Notes under the pieces: model-generated
What the model was told of the DNA's origin: nothing
Databases searched by the model: none
What the model saw: only the letters and a program-made list of their open reading frames with translations
DNA from: Sphingomonadales bacterium
GTDB lineage: Bacteria; Pseudomonadota; Alphaproteobacteria; Sphingomonadales; Sphingomonadaceae
Direction of reading: 5' to 3'
Assembly: GCA_038224685.1 (NCBI GenBank)
Contig: JBBRFG010000001.1
Location: forward strand, 1 to 58,534
DNA: 58,534 bases
Program-made: the position numbers and the translations under genes
Part shown: positions 1 to 9,630 of the stretch, piece after piece
How positions within the stretch are numbered: position 1 is the first letter of the stretch
How the letters are laid out: each line of letters opens with the position of its first letter

Positions 1-2
1 GC

Positions 3-512
3 GGGGCGCGGGCGGAGCGGGCACCGAATGTCGATTTGCTGGCAACGGGCGGGGAGGCGTCGGGTTTTGGCGGGGGAGGCATTCCATCGCAGTCCGAGCG
101 CTTCGGGACGGTGGGCGTGGCTTTTCGAATTCCCCTCCTCACCGGCGGCCTGGTCCCGTCGCGCATCCGGGAAGCACAGGCGAATGCGCGAGCGGAGGAG
201 TTTGCGGTCGACGCAGCGCGCCGTGAAGCAATCCGAATTACAGACGGAGCCTGGGCATCGCTGCGCGGGGCGCAACAGCGCCTTCAGGCGGGGCGGCAAG
301 CGCTGCAATCCGCCGAAATCGCTCTCAGTGGCGTGCGTGCTGAATACGAACTCGGGCTGCGCGATACGCTCGACTTGCTGTTCGCCGAGCAAAGCCTGCG
401 CGCCGCCGAATTGGATGTCGCGCGCAGCCGTAGCGATGTGATGCTTGCTGAGGCCCGCCTCCTTCGGGCGGTCGGGAGACTTACGGGCACGGCATATGAT
501 GACCGGGATTGA
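3..512 (+). CDS. TolC-family outer membrane efflux protein, C-terminal part (5' end outside window)
   Basis: Frame is open from base 3. C-terminal OEP pattern 'RAEYELGLRDTLDLLFAEQSL...AEARLLRAVGRL' and beta-strand 'VGVAFRIPLLTGG'. Confidence 0.85.
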   Translation, partial: GARAERAPNVDLLATGGEASGFGGGGIPSQSERFGTVGVAFRIPLLTGGLVPSRIREAQANARAEEFAVDAARREAIRITDGAWASLRGAQQRLQAGRQALQSAEIALSGVRAEYELGLRDTLDLLFAEQSLRAAELDVARSRSDVMLAEARLLRAVGRLTGTAYDDRD

Positions 513-905
513 AATCGCCCTTCAGCCCTTGATGGTCAAAAGCCTTGCGTAAGTTTTCAGTTTCATTGCTCCTCAAACCCCGTTTACGACCGCATAGGGG
601 AAGTCAAGGCGACTGGCAAAATCACCGGGCGAGGCGACGTTGCTAATCGGCTGCTCTGGCCAGCCCGAAGGGCGGCTTTCGTCAGGACGGGCTGTATGTT
701 TGTGATGAAATGAACCGTCGGGTCTGGTCGAGAGCCGCCAGTAGGACTGACTGTCCGGACCTGGCCGTTGTCGGAAATTCATGCCATTGCGAACAAAGCG
801 GTACGAATGCGAAAACGGACATTCCGCTTTACCTTTTATGAACCCGGTTGTTCGCTGACTGCCGGTACCAAATAGCCCGATGGACCGAGTTTGACAACGA
901 AGCCG

Positions 906-950
906 TCGTTCCCAAACGGCATGTGGAATGGCCGGTTTTACCTGAACCCG
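906..950. repeat. 45-bp segment, inverted copy of 13144-13188
   Basis: Reverse complement matches 13144-13188 at 38/45 positions without gaps (hand alignment). Confidence 0.8.
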
Positions 951-1296
951 ACAACAAACGTTCATCCGACCGGCCCGGCACGGCGACAGGAACTGTGCCG
1001 AGAGCGGTCTGGCAACTTTTTGGGTGTCCTTCGCCACCTGCTCGGCAATTTTGGGTTGGAGAGGTTGGGTCTCATCTTCGTTCCTTCGTCACTACGACGA
1101 GAGCCAATCACGCCTCAAATCTCAACCCCAATTTTGCGCCCATAGGTGCCGACGGGAAACACGGTGGGATCCGGAGGGCCGGGGCTGCGTCGGCTGATAG
1201 GGTGAGCCGTGCTCCGCCGACGCCTTACTAAGATCGACGAACGGCGTGCGCGCCGATCAAATGCGTGCGTTGTTCCACCAACGCCTCTTTTTCTAT

Positions 1297-1317
1297 TCAA
1301 TTAATGCGTTAGATTGA
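1297..1317. promoter_or_regulatory. Possible operator (TCAAT-N11-ATTGA dyad) upstream of the ABC operon
   Basis: AT-rich inverted repeat 33 bp upstream of the ATG at 1351. Regulator unknown. Confidence 0.3.
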
Positions 1318-1350
1318 GGCACGGCCAGATCGGCTCAACAGGGGATTATC

Positions 1351-2241
1351 ATGCTCGAACTCAGCGGCGTCAGCCACGTCTATCCCAACGGCACGCGCGC
1401 GCTCGATGATGTGAGTTTGTCGATCCCGAAAGGCATGTTTGGGCTGCTGGGGCCGAACGGTGCGGGCAAATCGACTTTGATGCGTACAATCGCGACCTTG
1501 CAAGCGCCGACGGCGGGCACCATCCAGTTTGGTGAGATCAACGTGCTGACCGCGCCTGACACGCTGCGCCGCACGCTCGGCTATTTGCCGCAGGATTTCG
1601 GCGTGTACCCGCGCGTTTCGGCCTATCAGATGCTTGATCACATGGCGGTGCTCAAAGGTGTCAATGATGCCAAGGACCGCAAACAAGTGGTTGAACACTT
1701 GCTCAATCAGACCAATCTGTGGGCGGTGCGCGGCAAGGCGATTGCAGGGTTTTCAGGCGGGATGCGCCAACGGTTCGGCATTGCGCAGGCGCTGATCGGC
1801 GAACCGGCGCTGATCATCGTCGATGAACCCACCGCCGGGCTTGACCCCGAAGAGCGCAACCGCTTCTTGAACCTGCTGGCTGGAATTGGCGAGAACGTGG
1901 TGGTGATCTTGTCGACCCACATCGTGGACGACGTGGCGGATCTGTGCCCGCGCATGGCCGTGCTGGCAGGCGGCAGGGTGCAGCTTGAAGGAAACCCGCG
2001 CGATCTGATCGGTTCGATTACCGGCCGGGTCTGGCAACGCACCATTCCGCACCAGCAACTGCCAGACATGCAGGCCGCGCACGAGGTCATCTCGCACCGG
2101 TTCTTTGCGGGCGAGATTGTGGTGCACGTGCTAGCCGATAACCAGCCGCAAGGCTTTGCGCCGGTATCGGGCGGGCTTGAGGACGTGTATTTCGCAACGC
2201 TCGCCCAGACCCGCCGCCCTGCCGCCGCCGCTGCAGCCTGA
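1351..2241 (+). CDS. ABC transporter ATP-binding protein
   Basis: Walker A GPNGAGKST, signature FSGGMRQR, Walker B IIVDEPT, H-loop STH; SD-like AGGGG upstream. Confidence 0.95.
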   Translation: MLELSGVSHVYPNGTRALDDVSLSIPKGMFGLLGPNGAGKSTLMRTIATLQAPTAGTIQFGEINVLTAPDTLRRTLGYLPQDFGVYPRVSAYQMLDHMAVLKGVNDAKDRKQVVEHLLNQTNLWAVRGKAIAGFSGGMRQRFGIAQALIGEPALIIVDEPTAGLDPEERNRFLNLLAGIGENVVVILSTHIVDDVADLCPRMAVLAGGRVQLEGNPRDLIGSITGRVWQRTIPHQQLPDMQAAHEVISHRFFAGEIVVHVLADNQPQGFAPVSGGLEDVYFATLAQTRRPAAAAAA

Positions 2242-2255
2242 GGGGAGCGATCGCT

Positions 2256-5200
2256 ATGTTGACCGCCGCCATCGCCGCATTTGAAATCCGTTATCAGCTG
2301 AAAAATCCGGTGTTCTGGGTTTCCGTAGCGATCTTTCTGCTGATCGGCTTTGGCATTTCAGCCAGCGATAATGTCAGCCTCGGCACGCCCGGCGCGGTGC
2401 ACGAAAACTCGCCATTTGCGATCACCATCGCGCTGGCGCTACTCGGTTTGTTCTACCTGTTTGTGATCACATCGTTTGTCGCCAATGCGGTGGTGCGCGA
2501 TGATACCACCGGGTTCGGCCCGATGATCCGCGCGACACCGGTGGGCCGGTCAAGCTTTCTGGCCGGGCGGTTTATCGGCGGGTTGGCGATTGCGATCATT
2601 GGGTACATGGCCGTTCCGCTGGGCATCGCGCTGGGCGCGGCGATGCCGTGGGTCGACCCTGAAACTGTGGGGCCGGGCGGTTTTGCCGCCTATGCCTGGC
2701 CGTTCCTGATCATCGCCATCCCCAATCTGATCATGTCATCGGCGCTGTTGTTCAGTCTGGCCACGGTTACGCGGTCGATGCTGGCGAGCTATATCGGGGT
2801 GCTGGTGCTGGTGATGGGCTATACCATTGCCACTGCAGTGCTGGGCAATCAGCCTGAATATCAGGATGCGCTCGCGCGGTTTGAACCGATGGGAATTGGC
2901 GCGATTGCTGAACTTGCGCGCTATTGGACCGGGGCTGAGATGAACACCCGCGCCATCCCGCTTGAAGGAAACCTGCTGATCAATCGCTTGCTGGCGCTGG
3001 TACTGGCCGCACTGTTTTTTGCGATTGCATGGGCACGTTTCAGCATGACCGAACGCGCGCCGTCGCGCTGGCGGTTGCGCAAGCTGGCCCGCCAAGCGAG
3101 CCGGACGGCCAAAGCCGGGGCTGTGCAACCCCAATCGCTGACCGCGCCGGTGCACCGCAGCTTTGGCACCGACCACGCTCTGCTAAGCTTTTGGACGCGG
3201 CTGAAGACCGAAACCATGCTGGTGGTCAGAAGCCCCGGCCTGATCGTGTTGTTGTTGATTTCAGTGATGCTGACGGCGGTAAATCTGGCATTCTCGCAAA
3301 CGGCCTATGGCACCGCGTCCTATCCGCTAACCGCCAACGTCATCACCACGGTTGTCGGCAGCACGACCCTGTTCATCCTGATCGTCGCGGTGTTTTATGG
3401 CGGAGAACTGGTTTGGCGCGAACGCGATGTGAAAATCAACGAGATCGTTGATGCGGCCCCGGCACCCGGCTGGGCGATGTTTGTGCCCAAGATACTGGCG
3501 ATCTTTTGCGTGCTGTTTGCCATGTCGCTGACTGGGATGCTGACCGGCATATTGTACCAGTTGATCCTGGCCGCGCCGAGTATCGATGTCGGGCTTTACA
3601 TGCTTGCCTATGTGCTGCCCCAAAGCATCGATGTGCTGCTGATTGCCGTGCTGGCGGTGTTTTTTCAGGTGCTCAGCCCGAACAAGTATATCGGCTGGGG
3701 ATTGATTTTAGTATGGTTTGTGAGCCGCATTTTCCTGTCGAACCTCGGCTACACCAACATGCTCTATCTGTTTGGCGGCGGGCCGGGCGAACCGCTGAGC
3801 GATATGAACGGCACCGGCGGGTTTTGGGTCGGCGGAATGATCGCGCGGGCTTATTGGGCATGTTTTGGGGTGCTGTTGCTGGTGCTATCGCATTGGGCCT
3901 GGCCGCGCGGCACGGTGGTTGCCGTTTGGCCGCGGCTGCAGGGCATAGGGCGGCGTATCACGCTGGCATCGGGGGCTACGGCGCTGGCTGCGGTTGGCGG
4001 CATGGTGGCCACCGGGCTGGTAATCAACCAAAACATCAAAGTGCTGAACAGCTATCAGACGGCCGATGAGCGCGAGGCGCAAACCGCCGATTACGAACGC
4101 AAATATCTGAAATACGAAACCCTGCCCCGCCCAGTGATCACCGATGTGGTGTTTGATGTGGCGGTGTTTCCGGAAGAGCGGCGGATGGCGGTGACGGGCC
4201 ATTATCTGATGCGCAACGAAACCGCGACGCCGATCCGCGAATTGCATGTGCGTCAGGGCGATGATTCTGTGGAATTCACAAGGTTGGATATTGCCGGAGC
4301 GCGCCTTGCCAAGCTCGACACGACGTTCGACCATCGCATCTATCGGTTCGATACGCCGCTGGCACCCGGTGCGACCACGCGGCTTGATTTCACATCAACG
4401 GTGTGGCGGCGCGGGTTTTCCAATGGGGCGGCGGCAACCGACATTGTCGACAACGGCACATTTGCAAACAACTCCACCTTCGCTCCGATCATTGGTATGG
4501 ACCGGAGCGTGTTGTTGCAGGATCGCACTGAGCGGCGGCGGCAGGGCCTGCCCGATGAACTGCGCACCGCCAAGCTGGAGGACACATCGGCACAAGGCGA
4601 AAACTATATCCGCGCCGATTGGGTCAATTCGCGCATCACCGTCAGCACTGCGGCTGATCAGACGCCAATCGCGCCAGGTAACAAGGTGTCCGACACCGTT
4701 AAGGATGGGCGCCGCACAGCGGTGTTTGCAAGCCCCGCCCCAATTCTCAATTTCTTCTCGGTGCAATCGGCGCGCTATGCCGTGGCTGAAGACCGGTTTG
4801 GCGACGTGCGGTTGTCGGTCTATCACGACCCGCGCCATGAATGGAATGTGCCCGCGATGCTGAAAGCGATGAAGACGTCGCTGGGCTATTACACCAAAAA
4901 TTTCGGGCCGTATCAGTTTGGCTATGCGCGGATCATCGAATTTCCGGGCTATTCGAGTTTTGCGCAGGCGTTTGCAGGCACAATGCCTTATTCGGAAAGC
5001 ATCGGCTTTGCCGCCGATGTGCGCGACCCGGAAACGATTGATTACGTTTCTTATGTCACCGCGCATGAAGCGGCCCACCAGTATTGGGCGCATCAGGTGG
5101 TCGGAGCCGACATGCAGGGTTCAACCCTGCTGTCAGAAACGCTGGCGCAATACAGCGCGCTGATGGTGATGAAACAGTTGTATGGTGAGGATAAAATCCG

Positions 5201-5852
5201 CCGCTTCCTGAAGTTTGAACTCGATCGATATCTGGCCGGACGACAATCCGATGTGCTGGACGAACAACCGCTGATCCGGGTCGAAAACCAGCAGTATATT
5301 CATTACCGCAAAGGATCAGTGGCGATGTATCTGCTCCAGCGCCGGCTGGGCGAAGCTGCGGTGAACCGCGCGCTCGCCCGGCTGGTTATCAAATATAAAT
5401 TCAAGAACGCTCCATACCCTCGGTCACTTGATCTGATTGCTGAGCTGCGCAAAGAGGCCAAGACGCCCGAGCAGCAGGCGCTGATCACCGATCTGTTTGA
5501 GAAAATTACGATCTACGATCTCAAGGCGAAAGAGGCGGTAACCAAACGCACCGCTGACGGCAAATGGACGACCCGCATCACGATCGAAGCGGGTAAATTC
5601 ACGGCCGATGGCAAGGGCAAAGAAACGCCCGCCAAGCTGGCTGAAAGCATCGAAGTTGGAGTGTTCACTGCACGGCCCGAAACTGGCGCATTCGATACGG
5701 CCAATGTGTTGTCGATGAAGCGTCTGCCGATCCGCGCGGGCAAGCAGGTGATCGAGGTGGAAACCGCCAAAAAGCCACTGTTTGCTGGGATTGATCCCTA
5801 CAACTTCTACATCGACCGGGATTCGGACGATAATCTGGTGCCAGTGAGCTAG
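2256..5852 (+). CDS. ABC-2 type permease fused to C-terminal M1-family (gluzincin) aminopeptidase domain
   Basis: About 580 aa of multi-TM region in two ABC-2-like repeats, then a soluble domain with HEAAH, a downstream Glu (LSE) and 'IHYRKG'. Confidence 0.9.
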   Translation: MLTAAIAAFEIRYQLKNPVFWVSVAIFLLIGFGISASDNVSLGTPGAVHENSPFAITIALALLGLFYLFVITSFVANAVVRDDTTGFGPMIRATPVGRSSFLAGRFIGGLAIAIIGYMAVPLGIALGAAMPWVDPETVGPGGFAAYAWPFLIIAIPNLIMSSALLFSLATVTRSMLASYIGVLVLVMGYTIATAVLGNQPEYQDALARFEPMGIGAIAELARYWTGAEMNTRAIPLEGNLLINRLLALVLAALFFAIAWARFSMTERAPSRWRLRKLARQASRTAKAGAVQPQSLTAPVHRSFGTDHALLSFWTRLKTETMLVVRSPGLIVLLLISVMLTAVNLAFSQTAYGTASYPLTANVITTVVGSTTLFILIVAVFYGGELVWRERDVKINEIVDAAPAPGWAMFVPKILAIFCVLFAMSLTGMLTGILYQLILAAPSIDVGLYMLAYVLPQSIDVLLIAVLAVFFQVLSPNKYIGWGLILVWFVSRIFLSNLGYTNMLYLFGGGPGEPLSDMNGTGGFWVGGMIARAYWACFGVLLLVLSHWAWPRGTVVAVWPRLQGIGRRITLASGATALAAVGGMVATGLVINQNIKVLNSYQTADEREAQTADYERKYLKYETLPRPVITDVVFDVAVFPEERRMAVTGHYLMRNETATPIRELHVRQGDDSVEFTRLDIAGARLAKLDTTFDHRIYRFDTPLAPGATTRLDFTSTVWRRGFSNGAAATDIVDNGTFANNSTFAPIIGMDRSVLLQDRTERRRQGLPDELRTAKLEDTSAQGENYIRADWVNSRITVSTAADQTPIAPGNKVSDTVKDGRRTAVFASPAPILNFFSVQSARYAVAEDRFGDVRLSVYHDPRHEWNVPAMLKAMKTSLGYYTKNFGPYQFGYARIIEFPGYSSFAQAFAGTMPYSESIGFAADVRDPETIDYVSYVTAHEAAHQYWAHQVVGADMQGSTLLSETLAQYSALMVMKQLYGEDKIRRFLKFELDRYLAGRQSDVLDEQPLIRVENQQYIHYRKGSVAMYLLQRRLGEAAVNRALARLVIKYKFKNAPYPRSLDLIAELRKEAKTPEQQALITDLFEKITIYDLKAKEAVTKRTADGKWTTRITIEAGKFTADGKGKETPAKLAESIEVGVFTARPETGAFDTANVLSMKRLPIRAGKQVIEVETAKKPLFAGIDPYNFYIDRDSDDNLVPVS

Positions 5853-6124
5853 GATCAAAACCCTTGTGGTTGCAGCCTGTAATGCAGGAAGTTTCCAAAC
5901 CCATGAGTTGGTGACCGAGTGCGGTCATTTGTAAGGCCTTAGGGAGACGCTTGCGCAGAGGCCGGACTGGTAACGGTTTTGTGCCGGGACGCAACCAATG
6001 GCCGCTATTGGGCGGTTAGCTGTCTGGCGGCTAAAGAAGGGCTGTTTTTAACAGCGCCAACCAAGAGCAATTTCGGTCGGTTTCACGGCAAATGTTCTGT
6101 TGGCCAGCCGCTCTTGATGCGCCG

Positions 6125-6475
6125 TCATAGCTTCACGCCAAACTGCGCCAGCGTCCACACCATCGCCAGATAGAGCGCCACAGTCAATCCGCAGCCAACA
6201 ACTAGCGCAGGCCAGAAGCCGATGCCGCGGTTCAGCAGTAGCGGGATCACCAGGAACATCGGCAAGCTCGGCAGCACGAACCAGAAGGTCGCGGTGGCGT
6301 GATCAGCCATCCGGGCCACATCCTGCGTATCACTCCACAGCCAGATCATTCCCAGCACCGAAATCAGCGGTAGCGACGCGATTAGTGCACCAAGGCCCGG
6401 GGTGCGGCGGGCCACTTCGCTGACGATCGCAATGATCAGGCCGGATAAGGCAGCTTTCAGCAGCAGGTAGGCCAT
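6125..6475 (-). CDS. Small membrane protein, DUF3147-like
   Basis: 116 aa, about 4 TM, 'GALIASLPLISVLGMIWLW' and 'FWFVLPSLPMF'; lies 18 bp downstream of the RND gene. Confidence 0.75.
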   Translation of the reverse strand: MAYLLLKAALSGLIIAIVSEVARRTPGLGALIASLPLISVLGMIWLWSDTQDVARMADHATATFWFVLPSLPMFLVIPLLLNRGIGFWPALVVGCGLTVALYLAMVWTLAQFGVKL

Positions 6476-6493
6476 CGCATCACTTCCCCTTGG

Positions 6494-9400
6494 TTACTCG
6501 GCAAGCGTCTCGCGCCGCCGCCACGCAGGCCACGTTACGCCCCAGCCATCGCGCGTCACCTTAAGATAGATTGCGGGCAGCACCAGCATGTTGAGCACGG
6601 TCGAACTGGTCAAGCCGCACAGGATCACGATGGCCATCGGGGCCTGAATTTCACTCCCGGGCTCGCCCAGCGCAATCGCCAGCGGCAGCAGCGCTAGCCC
6701 TGCGGAAATCGCGGTCATCAGGATTGGCACCAGCCGCTCTTCCGACCCGCGCCGCACCGCCTCGGCCAAATCGGCAATGCCTTCGACCGCCTGCAAATGC
6801 TTGATATGCGTCACCATCATCACCCCGTTGCGCGTAGCAATACCGAACAGCGTGATGAAACCGACAATGGTCGCCACCGACAGCACCCCGCCGGTCAGCC
6901 ACAGGCCCACCACCCCGCCGACCAGCGCCAGCGGCAGGTTGATCATCACAAGCAACGCATCGCGGCCCGACCGGAACGCCTGTTGCAGCAGCAGGAACAT
7001 GCCGAGCAGCACGACCAGCCCCAGCGCCAACAGCGTGCGGCCTGCGCTGGCCGCGCTTTCGAACTGCCCGGCAAGCTCGATATGTGCACCCGGAGGCAGC
7101 GCGATGTCTTCCAGCACAGTGTCGATATCGGCGACCACCGCGCCGAGATCGCGGCCCGAGACATTGGCCATCACCAGCTGCATCCGCTCCACGCTTTCAC
7201 GGGTGATTGCATTCGGTCCGGTATCGCGCACCACATCGGCAATCGCGGACAGCGGGATCAGCTGCCCACCAGGCGCTGCGATCAGCATGGTGTCAAGCTG
7301 CCCTGCATCGGCATATTGCACCGGATCATAACGCACCACGACATCGGTGATCACTGGACGCTCAATCAGCTGACCGACTTTGGCCCCGGCAATCGCGGCC
7401 TCGATTGCGCCGGTCACAGCCTCGACCGCGAGGCCGTAGTTCGCCAGATCGGCCCGCCGCAACCGCACGCGCAGATAGGGCACCAGACTTTGCGTATCGC
7501 GCTGCACATCCACCGTGCCGGGAATTGCGCTAACTGCGGTCTCGACCTGTGTGGAAATCCGCTGGAGCGTGTCGGTGTCGGGTGCGAAAACCTTGATCGC
7601 GATGTTCGCGCGCGCGCCGGAAAGGATATGATCGACCCGGTGGCCGATGGGCTGACCGAAGATCGCCTGCACCCCCGGCACGGTGCCGACGGCATCCCGC
7701 AGTGCTGAAAGGAGTTCGCCACGGTCACGGCCATCATCGTTGAGGCTGGCTTCGATTTCAGAGGCGAACACTTCCTGCGCGTGCGGATCGCCCGGCGCGC
7801 GGCCGGTTCGGCGAGCGGTGGTGCGGACCTCGGGCTGCGACAGCAGAGCCGCTTCAACCTCGCTCGCCGCGCGGTCGCTGTCAGCAAGGCTGGTGCCGGG
7901 AAGGGTCGTGACGTTGACCGTCAGTGAGCCTTCGTTGAACTCGGGCAGGAAGGCGCGGCCCGCCAGCACGATCCCGATGCCTGCCAGCACCACCATGATC
8001 AGCGACCCCACCGCTAGCAAGCGCCAACGGTCCAGCCATCGGTCGAGCAGTGCGACATACCAGCGCTTCATGCGAATCACCCAGCCGGGCTCGCGTCCGA
8101 CATCATCGGGGCGGCGGCTGAGCAAGTCGTAACTGAGCGCCGGGGTCAGCGTCAGCGCCACTGCAAGGCTTGCGAGCAGCGACACGCCGTAAGCCAGCGC
8201 CAGTGGTTGCAACAGCCGCCCTTCGATACCCGAAAGCCCAAATATCGGCAGGAACACCAGCAGGATGATCAGCGTCGCAAAGATGATTGCGCCCTGCACC
8301 TCGCCGGTTGCCGCTGCAACCACGGCGATATCGCTTTGCTGCTCCTCGGGCGTCTTGGCACGTTCCAGACGCAAGCGGCGCACCACATTCTCGACCACGA
8401 TGATCGCATCATCGACCAGCATACCGAGCGCAATTGCGAGTCCCCCCAACGTCATGGTGTTGATCGTGCCGCCGCCCGCGTTGATGACGATGATCGCGCT
8501 CACCACCGACACCGGGATCGCCGCCAGCGCGACGGCGGTCGCGCGCCAGCTAACGAGGAAGATGAACACGATCACTGCAACCAGCACCAGCCCTTCGATC
8601 AGCGCAGTGGTGACGTTATCGACCGAGCGCTGGATGAAATCGGCCTGCCGGAACACCCGCGTTTCCAGCACCATGCCTTCGGGCAGGCTGCGCTGAAGTT
8701 CGCTGAACACAGTGTCGAGGCGGTCGGTCAGTTCTAGCGTATTTGCCCCCGGCTGCTTTTGGATGGCGAGGATCACCGCAGGCTTGCCGTTGAAAGCGCC
8801 GGTGCCGCGTTTCAGCCCTTCGCCGATGCGGATATCGCCGATCTCGCGCGCCAGCACCGGCACACCGCCCGCATCGCCCACCACGACATTGCCGAAATCA
8901 TCGGCCGTGGCCGCGCGGCCAACCCCTTCGACCAGCAATTCCTGCCCGTTGGCGACCACAACCCCGGCGCTGCGATTATTGCTGGCGGCGGACATGGCTT
9001 CGATCACCTGATTTGTGCCGATGCCCCGCGCAGACATGCGCGCAGGATCGACCAGCAATTGCACTTGCCGTTCGTCCCCGCCGATGGTTAGCACTTCGGC
9101 GATGCCCGGAACTGACATGACACGGCGACGGACAATCCAGTCTGCGGTGGACTTAAGATCCATCGGGCTGGCGCTGTCTGACCGCAAGGCGACGAACATG
9201 ATCTCGCCCATGACCGAACTGGCCGGGGTCATGTGCGGAGGCGGCAAGTCCGCGGGCAATTCGTCGCCTGCCGTCTGCAGCCGTTCGGCTACGATCCGAC
9301 GCGCGCTTTCGGGCGGGGTCGCCCAGTCAAACTCAAGCGTGACCACCGATAGGCCTGTGGCGCTGTTCGAGCGGATGCGCCGCAGCCCGGGCGCTCCATT

Positions 9401-9619
9401 GAGCGCGGTTTCCAGCGGTATGGTAACGCGCTGCTCCACCTCGGTCGGGGTGTAGCCCCCAGCATCCACCACGACGGTGACGGTCGGCGCGGTGAGATCG
9501 GGTAGCACGTCAACCGGCGTGCGCAGCGCTGTCCACGCGCCGAACGCGGTCAGCAGCGCAGCAATGGCGTAGACCATCGCCCGGTTTTCGAAGCTCCATC
9601 GGACGAGGCGTTCAAGCAC
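6494..9619 (-). CDS. Heavy-metal efflux RND permease (CusA/CzcA family)
   Basis: 1041 aa; 'PVDVLPDL', 'EVEQRVTIPLE', TM4 'ALGMLVDDAIIVVEN', 'ERLVPILMTA'. Confidence 0.95.
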   Translation of the reverse strand: MLERLVRWSFENRAMVYAIAALLTAFGAWTALRTPVDVLPDLTAPTVTVVVDAGGYTPTEVEQRVTIPLETALNGAPGLRRIRSNSATGLSVVTLEFDWATPPESARRIVAERLQTAGDELPADLPPPHMTPASSVMGEIMFVALRSDSASPMDLKSTADWIVRRRVMSVPGIAEVLTIGGDERQVQLLVDPARMSARGIGTNQVIEAMSAASNNRSAGVVVANGQELLVEGVGRAATADDFGNVVVGDAGGVPVLAREIGDIRIGEGLKRGTGAFNGKPAVILAIQKQPGANTLELTDRLDTVFSELQRSLPEGMVLETRVFRQADFIQRSVDNVTTALIEGLVLVAVIVFIFLVSWRATAVALAAIPVSVVSAIIVINAGGGTINTMTLGGLAIALGMLVDDAIIVVENVVRRLRLERAKTPEEQQSDIAVVAAATGEVQGAIIFATLIILLVFLPIFGLSGIEGRLLQPLALAYGVSLLASLAVALTLTPALSYDLLSRRPDDVGREPGWVIRMKRWYVALLDRWLDRWRLLAVGSLIMVVLAGIGIVLAGRAFLPEFNEGSLTVNVTTLPGTSLADSDRAASEVEAALLSQPEVRTTARRTGRAPGDPHAQEVFASEIEASLNDDGRDRGELLSALRDAVGTVPGVQAIFGQPIGHRVDHILSGARANIAIKVFAPDTDTLQRISTQVETAVSAIPGTVDVQRDTQSLVPYLRVRLRRADLANYGLAVEAVTGAIEAAIAGAKVGQLIERPVITDVVVRYDPVQYADAGQLDTMLIAAPGGQLIPLSAIADVVRDTGPNAITRESVERMQLVMANVSGRDLGAVVADIDTVLEDIALPPGAHIELAGQFESAASAGRTLLALGLVVLLGMFLLLQQAFRSGRDALLVMINLPLALVGGVVGLWLTGGVLSVATIVGFITLFGIATRNGVMMVTHIKHLQAVEGIADLAEAVRRGSEERLVPILMTAISAGLALLPLAIALGEPGSEIQAPMAIVILCGLTSSTVLNMLVLPAIYLKVTRDGWGVTWPAWRRRETLAE

Positions 9620-9630
9620 AGATCAGCCCC

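Noticed and set aside
573-1231. ORFs 573-1037(-), 848-1231(+) and 891-1145(+)
   Set aside because: No recognisable motifs or RBS, mutually overlapping, and lying in repeat-rich intergenic DNA.
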